Below, piece by piece: positions 14,710 through 20,000 of a stretch of 20,000 nucleotides of DNA. The notes beneath the pieces were generated by a model, which saw nothing but the letters and a program-made list of their open reading frames with translations, had not been told where the DNA came from and searched no databases. Positions within the stretch are counted from its first letter, which is position 1; each line of letters starts with the position of its first letter. A program made the position numbers and the translations under genes. The stretch is from the IMG/VR virus record IMGVR_UViG_3300020599_000006; one strand, given 5' to 3'. The stretch is from an uncultured virus (IMG/VR IMGVR_UViG_3300020599_000006) (taxonomy: Duplodnaviria > Heunggongvirae > Uroviricota > Caudoviricetes).

Positions 14710-15089
14710 GTAATGCGTATTCCAAGCTGGATTACTCGCGCATGCGCTTTGAGTGGTTTGAAGGAGCCATGGAGACGACGTTGTGCATGGTGCTGGAGGC
14801 TCGTTTCGATCGCCTGGACTCCATTCGTCGAGAAGCCTTCGTCGAACAGCTGAAACACTGCCTGGCTGACCTTAAGTCCAAGCTTGATCTCTTCGACGGG
14901 GCTGTGAAAGACCATGGCTTTCACGACAGCATTTATTACAGGCTGTTCCTCTATCCGGTAATCGTCCGGCGAGCGATGAAGAAGTATCGCGAGGCCATGC
15001 GTCACATCGAAGACTTCATCAGTATCTATAAGCGGTCTGTTTACGAACAGAGCCGTCAGTATCACGAACACGCAATCAGGGAGAAGTAA
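14706..15089 (+). CDS. hypothetical protein (start MSNAYSK)
   Basis: ATG 14706 overlaps the upstream stop; its own stop abuts the dcd start. Confidence 0.75.
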   Translation: MSNAYSKLDYSRMRFEWFEGAMETTLCMVLEARFDRLDSIRREAFVEQLKHCLADLKSKLDLFDGAVKDHGFHDSIYYRLFLYPVIVRRAMKKYREAMRHIEDFISIYKRSVYEQSRQYHEHAIREK

Positions 15090-15866
15090 ATGCCCGGCAT
15101 CATGACCGACCGTCGGATCAAAAAGCTTAGCCAGTATCCGACGCACATGCTCTGCGACGAGTTCTGTTTCCCAGTGCGTCCTATCTGCGCACCCTTCACC
15201 GATGAAGAAGCGTGGGCAGTGGGCAATTGGTCCAGCGAGAACCAGTCCGATCACATCCTCGGTTTACCCTACGCTTATCCGCTGGGCGAAGATTCTCCGC
15301 ACGTGCAGAATTTCAAGCCGATGATCGAGCCGTTCCTGCCGTCCCTTATCCGTAAGGTGGATGATCAGAAGGTGATCTCCTTCGGCGTGAGTTCGATGGG
15401 CTATGATGTACGTCTCTCGTCCAAAGAGCTCAAACTGTTCACCAACGTCTGGGGTGCTGAAATCGATCCGATGGAGATCGATGTCGATAAGTGCTTCGTC
15501 ACGCCGGTGATCCGCACCTGTGAGAAGAAGGGTCTGAAGTACGTCCTCATCCCACCCAACAGTTACCTGCTTGGCCATACGGTCGAGTATTTCCGCATAC
15601 CGCGTAACTGCCTGGTGATCTGCCTGGGTAAGAGCACCTACGCCCGTGCAGCCGTGGCCGTCAACGTCACCCCCATCGAACCTGGATTTGAAGGCAACGT
15701 GGTTCTGGAGATCGCCAACCATTCCAACCTGCCTGCTCGGGTGTACTTGGATTGCGGTGTTTCGCAATTCGTTTTCTTCGAATCGGAAGAAGAGTGCGAA
15801 GTTTCCTACGCCGACCGAGCCGGAAAGTACCAACATCAGACCGGGTTGACTCACGCAAGGGTGTGA
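15090..15866 (+). CDS. dcd: dCTP deaminase
   Basis: Motifs MIEPF, ISFGVSSMGYDVRL, IPPNSYLLGHTVEYFRIPR, CLGKSTYAR, NVTPIEPGFEGNVVLEIAN, SYADRAGKYQHQTG. Confidence 0.95.
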   Translation: MPGIMTDRRIKKLSQYPTHMLCDEFCFPVRPICAPFTDEEAWAVGNWSSENQSDHILGLPYAYPLGEDSPHVQNFKPMIEPFLPSLIRKVDDQKVISFGVSSMGYDVRLSSKELKLFTNVWGAEIDPMEIDVDKCFVTPVIRTCEKKGLKYVLIPPNSYLLGHTVEYFRIPRNCLVICLGKSTYARAAVAVNVTPIEPGFEGNVVLEIANHSNLPARVYLDCGVSQFVFFESEEECEVSYADRAGKYQHQTGLTHARV

Positions 15867-15867
15867 C

Positions 15868-16203
15868 ATGACCACTGAAATCATTCGGATAGACGACGAC
15901 CTCCCGGCAATCTTTGGCACGATCAAGCGCTTGAACGTTAAGTGCTTCGAACAGACAGCTAAACTGTTGGGCACTGTACTCAGTGAGATGGACAGCAAGG
16001 GCATTTCCAAGTTCGCTATCACACTGACGAATGAGCCGGAATTCATGCCTGCTGATTTCCAAATGGATCATGGCCGTAAGCTCTTGACGTTAGTGGTGTT
16101 TGGTGTCGTCAAGAAGAAGATCTCAGAAGACCCTGCCGGGGCATTTGTCATTGACCTTGATAGATCAGAGGTGATCTCAGCCAGGATCGTCGAGGACAAC
16201 TAA
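15868..16203 (+). CDS. hypothetical protein (111 aa)
   Basis: Starts 2 nt after the dcd stop on the same strand. Confidence 0.8.
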   Translation: MTTEIIRIDDDLPAIFGTIKRLNVKCFEQTAKLLGTVLSEMDSKGISKFAITLTNEPEFMPADFQMDHGRKLLTLVVFGVVKKKISEDPAGAFVIDLDRSEVISARIVEDN

Positions 16204-16283
16204 TACGCGACCTAAGTCGCACCAGAACACGGGGACATGTCGTTCCCGATGTAGCGCCACATGACGTGGCTAAGGAAATAGTA

Positions 16284-16994
16284 ATGCAACACGAAGAAAC
16301 GATGAAAGAAGCGATCAAATACGTCATTGAAACCTTTGAAGGGTTCGACGAGTTGACCGAACAGGAAAGGGAAGGGATCATTAAGTTCCTCACGGTCAAT
16401 AACCGTGGTTATAACTTCCGCCTGCTCCGGGCGCGCTATCTAGAGGCACTGCCCAAGAGCAAGAGTGGTGTGGAGGCCCTGCGCAAGGCGTTCTATAGTC
16501 AGTACCTGCTCTTTGGTGGCATCCCGGGTGAGGGGGAAGGTAACGCCTCGGGTAATGTCGACATCATGCGCCGTGAGCAGCAACGCCGTCAAGAAACTCG
16601 CCCCAATGAGTTGGTGGAACTGCTCACCGATCCGGCCCGCATGCAGCGGCTGTATCGGCAGAAAGTCTACACCTACTTGGTGACACGGGCCTTCAACGAG
16701 CGTACGACCACGTACGAGGAGATCGCCAATCATTTCGATTTCCCGGCCAAGGGCAATCAGTTGGGTCAGTTCCTCTCGCCCATCCTGTACGATATCCTGC
16801 ACTGGTGCGAGGAAACTAACCAACCCAAGATCACCTCGCTGGTGGTCCGTAAGTCGGGAGCACTGCAAGGGCTGCCCGGTGATGGGTTCTGGACGGTGCT
16901 GGGTAAGAAGGACATCACAAAGGCTGAGAAATCCAGACTGACCAAGCAATATCAGGCTGAGGTGTTCGAGTACTTCAGTCAACTGGGTCAATAA
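16284..16994 (+). CDS. hypothetical protein with a C-terminal putative nucleic-acid-binding domain
   Basis: AAGGA RBS before ATG 16284; the C-terminal part TTTYEEIA...L..I...C.....P.ITSLVVRKSG...PGDGF resembles a widespread helix-turn-helix-like domain of unknown function. Confidence 0.75.
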   Translation: MQHEETMKEAIKYVIETFEGFDELTEQEREGIIKFLTVNNRGYNFRLLRARYLEALPKSKSGVEALRKAFYSQYLLFGGIPGEGEGNASGNVDIMRREQQRRQETRPNELVELLTDPARMQRLYRQKVYTYLVTRAFNERTTTYEEIANHFDFPAKGNQLGQFLSPILYDILHWCEETNQPKITSLVVRKSGALQGLPGDGFWTVLGKKDITKAEKSRLTKQYQAEVFEYFSQLGQ

Positions 16995-17002
16995 CCGCCA
17001 TG

Positions 17003-17037
17003 GGGTGTATGGGAATTCCCATACACCCTCTATGCCC
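17003..17037 (+). terminator. palindromic hairpin followed by TATGCCC
   Basis: GGGTGTATGGG-AATT-CCCATACACCC-TC-TATGCCC after the stop at 16994. Confidence 0.75.
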
Positions 17038-17056
17038 TATTAATGGATGAAGCGCC

Positions 17057-17311
17057 ATGTATCCTGATCTCATCGAACTGTTGCTGATCGCTGACGCCCT
17101 GAAAGTCTTGAGCTGGACCCTGCTGCTGTTATTCGTAATAGCCGCAGTCGTCGAACCCGTTCGCATCGCTGTCTATAAACCCACTCGTTTGGAAGTGGTC
17201 CGTTTGCTGACCAACGATGTGCTCTATGGCGTCTCGATTGCGCTGGTTATCGCAATCCTGTACTACATCGTGATCAAGGTGCAACACGAGTTCCCCTTCC
17301 TCCAGTTCTGA
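17057..17311 (+). CDS. small membrane protein (2 predicted TM helices)
   Basis: Hydrophobic segments VLSWTLLLLFVIAAVV and VLYGVSIALVIAILYYIVI. Confidence 0.7.
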   Translation: MYPDLIELLLIADALKVLSWTLLLLFVIAAVVEPVRIAVYKPTRLEVVRLLTNDVLYGVSIALVIAILYYIVIKVQHEFPFLQF

Positions 17312-17405
17312 TATGGTTTGGAAGCTTCGATTGGCTGTCCTTTTAAATAGAGGGCATCTGTAGTATGGATGCCCGATTAACCAACCTGAAATAGTAGGAA
17401 CCGCA

Positions 17406-17624
17406 ATGGCAATGCGTACCCAGGGTGCTGAAGTAAACGTGTCGTTTGTCCGCAAGGACACTGGCGAGCGTGTGGAATTCGTCCAGACCGTGCAAGCACG
17501 CTGCACCGACCATGCCACCCACGAGGTCGAGCATGAAGTCCGCCACGATTACCCTGGCGCGATGGACCTCGTCGTGAAGTTCAAGCAGTGGCTACCGCTT
17601 ATGCCGGTAGCCACCACCAAGTAA
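17406..17624 (+). CDS. hypothetical protein (72 aa)
   Basis: AGGA RBS and typical codon bias. Confidence 0.75.
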   Translation: MAMRTQGAEVNVSFVRKDTGERVEFVQTVQARCTDHATHEVEHEVRHDYPGAMDLVVKFKQWLPLMPVATTK

Positions 17625-17645
17625 CAACTCAACAGGGGTGTTGAC

Positions 17646-17972
17646 ATGCAAAACCTTCGTCGCAAAATGAGCCAAAATCCGTTGATCGGATTGACACTGG
17701 GCATCGTCCTGCTGCCTATCACCATCCTCTGGTGTTTGCTGGACTGGGTGATCAGCAAACACTGGAAGAAATACCCGACGCTGTATAAGGTTGAGTATTT
17801 CCTGGAAATGGGTAATCCTCATTCCGAAGAACCCAGGACGACCGTGGAGATCAACGGTCAGTGGGTGCCGGCCCGCAGCGAGGGCTTCGCCAGCCTGCGG
17901 CATCGATTCATGATCGCCTGGGAAGTGTTCACGGGTAAGGCCGATGCAGTGCGCTGGCCTGGAGGTCAGTGA
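17646..17972 (+). CDS. hypothetical protein with an N-terminal TM helix
   Basis: AGGGG RBS; hydrophobic LIGLTLGIVLLPITILWCLL; overlaps the next gene. Confidence 0.75.
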   Translation: MQNLRRKMSQNPLIGLTLGIVLLPITILWCLLDWVISKHWKKYPTLYKVEYFLEMGNPHSEEPRTTVEINGQWVPARSEGFASLRHRFMIAWEVFTGKADAVRWPGGQ

Positions 17973-18457
17973 TGGAATTCAAACTCGGTCCAAACACCAC
18001 ACTCGACTTGTCGGCAGATCGTTGGCAACGGCAATTTGAATACGAGCAGACTGTACTCAGTGCAGAGACGGCCATGTCCGAAGCGTACCAGTGCTTCATC
18101 CAGCATGATAACGCACAAGCACTGCATCAGCTCTACTGTGCCGCTGCCGCACTGGCCCGTCAACACTGCCTATTGCTTTACACGCATCAGGTAAACAACG
18201 CCATGGCTGTTCTTTCAATGGTTGTGGATTCCATGATAGAGCGTCAGGTCGACCATCTGTGCAAGCGACTAGCAGTAGCTGCACTGGTCGCGCATCGCAT
18301 CGGGATTGCTGCGCATTTTGGTTCGTCGCATGATCTTAATGCGTACGTCAAGGCCCATCGAAATTTTGATGTGGTTACCATTACGGAGTGGACGACCAAG
18401 AATGTCGTGGAGCTGGCTGATTGGTGTGCTGAGATAGGAGGTGCCCATGCCCATTAA
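17969..18457 (+). CDS. hypothetical protein (162 aa)
   Basis: GGAGG RBS; GTGA overlap with the upstream stop. Confidence 0.75.
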   Translation: MMEFKLGPNTTLDLSADRWQRQFEYEQTVLSAETAMSEAYQCFIQHDNAQALHQLYCAAAALARQHCLLLYTHQVNNAMAVLSMVVDSMIERQVDHLCKRLAVAALVAHRIGIAAHFGSSHDLNAYVKAHRNFDVVTITEWTTKNVVELADWCAEIGGAHAH

Positions 18458-18704
18458 GCGCGAACCCCTGTTCCCATTCCGGGAAGCGTTAATCTGCTCT
18501 AAATGTGGGGAAGTGATGACCACCGCAGCTACACCTGAGGTGAGGCGCTGGCCTCGTGAGGAGCCGGTCTATTACACCCACTTCTGTATCAATGGCCACA
18601 GTACCAGCGCGGTCGAGCGATATCCACGCCAGGTGTTCTACACCCAGAACGAGTTGGATGAAATCCAGCGCAACGAAGAAGAGCGTGCACGGCGCGGGGA
18701 GTGA
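18441..18704 (+). CDS. small putative zinc-binding protein
   Basis: CSKC ... HFCINGH ligand pattern; AGGAGG RBS suggests a start at ATG 18447. Confidence 0.65.
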   Translation: MPMPIKREPLFPFREALICSKCGEVMTTAATPEVRRWPREEPVYYTHFCINGHSTSAVERYPRQVFYTQNELDEIQRNEEERARRGE

Positions 18705-18722
18705 TCCCCGCGTTTTATGCCG
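18693..18722 (+). terminator. GNRA-loop hairpin followed by TTTTATGCCG
   Basis: CGCGGGGA-GTGA-TCCCCGCG-TTT-TATGCCG; the TGA stop of the gene lies in the loop. Confidence 0.75.
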
Positions 18723-18759
18723 TCTTCGATATGAAACCCACCACTAAGAGTGTCTTATC

Positions 18760-19278
18760 ATGGCCTATAGTGTCTACACTGAGTTCTTTGCTGAATTCTA
18801 CAAGGACCACATCAACGAGCATATTGCTCAGGCAATTGAGTCGGGTGCCATTCGCCCTCTAGCAGAAGGCGAGCGTTACATGTGCTGGGTCTCAGCACAG
18901 AAAGGCGATGGCCATAATCCCAACCGTAAACTGAACGTTTGGCTAATCATCGTAACAAATTCCAGTTTACCCAAGTCGTATGCGTACAACCCCACCACGC
19001 ACCTGGAAGAACGCTGCCATGAGGAATCTGGCATCCGTTTCTACTACACCCGGGTGGCGGAACAGGGTTATGCGCACATGGCGGAGCATTTCGCTAACCG
19101 CATCGACAATAAACTGCTTGCCAGTGAGATCATGTTTCACATGAGCAAGCGTAATCAGCTGGAGCGCATCTGCACGCGCCTATCAGCCTGGCTGGATGTG
19201 ACCTCAATCACCAAGGTGACAGAGATCCTGCGGCCTAATCCACTGCTCTGTGCCAAAGAAGACGCAGTGGGTGTCTAG
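18760..19278 (+). CDS. hypothetical protein (172 aa)
   Basis: Long ORF in a co-oriented cluster. Confidence 0.8.
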   Translation: MAYSVYTEFFAEFYKDHINEHIAQAIESGAIRPLAEGERYMCWVSAQKGDGHNPNRKLNVWLIIVTNSSLPKSYAYNPTTHLEERCHEESGIRFYYTRVAEQGYAHMAEHFANRIDNKLLASEIMFHMSKRNQLERICTRLSAWLDVTSITKVTEILRPNPLLCAKEDAVGV

Positions 19279-19286
19279 GGGGAGCC

Positions 19287-19775
19287 ATGACATTCAATCA
19301 ATTGTTCAACACATTGTACGCTATGTACAACCACGTCAACGATCCCGATCACAAACAGGTTTATCTGGAGGTGATCGGTACAGTGGCAGCGTTCTACGAG
19401 ATAGAGGACGGTATAGACTTGCCGAGCTATCCGGAGACCACCAAGGTCCTGGATACGCTACCGCTGGTTATGCCGTCGGAAATTGAGAATGCCTACCGGG
19501 AGGATCTTGAGAAGTATCGCCTCTGGGTCAGATCACTGAGTGTGGTATTGACCAAGGTCCTTGAAGACAACGGTTACGGGGTATCGCCAGCGACTTTCCA
19601 CTACTTGCTGCTGGACATGTTGAATCTCTACGCCATGAACAATGCCTTCGAGACCCTCAAGAATGATCCTGAATTGGTCGGTAACTACATGCTCTCTCAC
19701 TACACTGTGAGCAAAGGCATGGAAGAGCTGACCCTTGGGGGTGAGAACTACTGGTGGAGTGGAGCAGACCTGTGA
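19287..19775 (+). CDS. hypothetical protein (162 aa)
   Basis: GGGGGAG RBS and long ORF. Confidence 0.8.
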   Translation: MTFNQLFNTLYAMYNHVNDPDHKQVYLEVIGTVAAFYEIEDGIDLPSYPETTKVLDTLPLVMPSEIENAYREDLEKYRLWVRSLSVVLTKVLEDNGYGVSPATFHYLLLDMLNLYAMNNAFETLKNDPELVGNYMLSHYTVSKGMEELTLGGENYWWSGADL

Positions 19776-20000
19776 AACAAGAGAAGAAAACCAACCCAGT
19801 CGAGAAACCTAAAGACCCCTACGTGGAGATCAAGCGCTATGATCAAATCAACGTGCTAGATCACTTCGTACCGGGTAACGTGCAGTTGGTCGTGTCGCTG
19901 AACAACGAACAAGCGTTCCTCTCCACCAACATCCGCCCGTTCAATGCCTTGAAGTTGGGTCCTCTGCACAACCTACTCAAAGAGAACAGGCTGATTGAGC
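19772..20000 (+). CDS. hypothetical protein, 5' part (partial)
   Basis: GTG 19772 overlaps the upstream TGA, with a GGAG RBS; MKQEKKTNPVEKPKDPYVEIKRYDQ... is open to the window end. Confidence 0.7.
   Translation, partial: MKQEKKTNPVEKPKDPYVEIKRYDQINVLDHFVPGNVQLVVSLNNEQAFLSTNIRPFNALKLGPLHNLLKENRLIE

Noticed and set aside
15264..16991. Long - strand ORFs opposite dcd and its neighbours
   Set aside because: They fully overlap well-supported + strand genes.
17057..17311. Holin call for the two-TM small protein
   Set aside because: No endolysin or spanin nearby; hydrophobicity alone is insufficient.
13307..17696. Perfect TTGACA hexamers at 13307, 13393, 17641 and 17691 as sigma70 promoters
   Set aside because: No convincing -10 box at 16-18 nt spacing.
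17600..19475. TATGCCG at 17600 and 19469
   Set aside because: Both are inside coding sequence (Met-Pro codons) with no adjacent strong hairpin, so they are not counted as terminator motifs.

Overview
The window looks like part of a large lytic phage genome, most likely a phiKZ-related jumbo phage (inference from gene density, gene families and intergenic signals). Three blocks are visible. (i) 1-2779: short + strand genes, mostly hypothetical, including a DUF488-like C-terminus and a MazG-like protein. (ii) 2902-10875: a - strand virion/tail-fibre module of eight genes: a structural protein, five proteins sharing fibre repeats, a Trp-repeat tip protein, a Tfa-like chaperone and a DUF1353 protein. 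(iii) 10970-20000: + strand genes including dCTP deaminase. The most interesting signal is a ~500 nt gene-free stretch (11890-12400) that folds almost continuously into hairpins and nested long-range helices, has G-U pairs that favour the + strand, and carries an exact 13-nt direct repeat; it is a candidate large structured ncRNA that I do not recognise. Two other patterns stand out: a TATGCC(G/C) motif attached to most intergenic hairpins, and fibre proteins whose N- and C-terminal helices suggest a chained, branched multi-receptor fibre. All family calls come from motif recognition by eye; no searches or folding programs were run.
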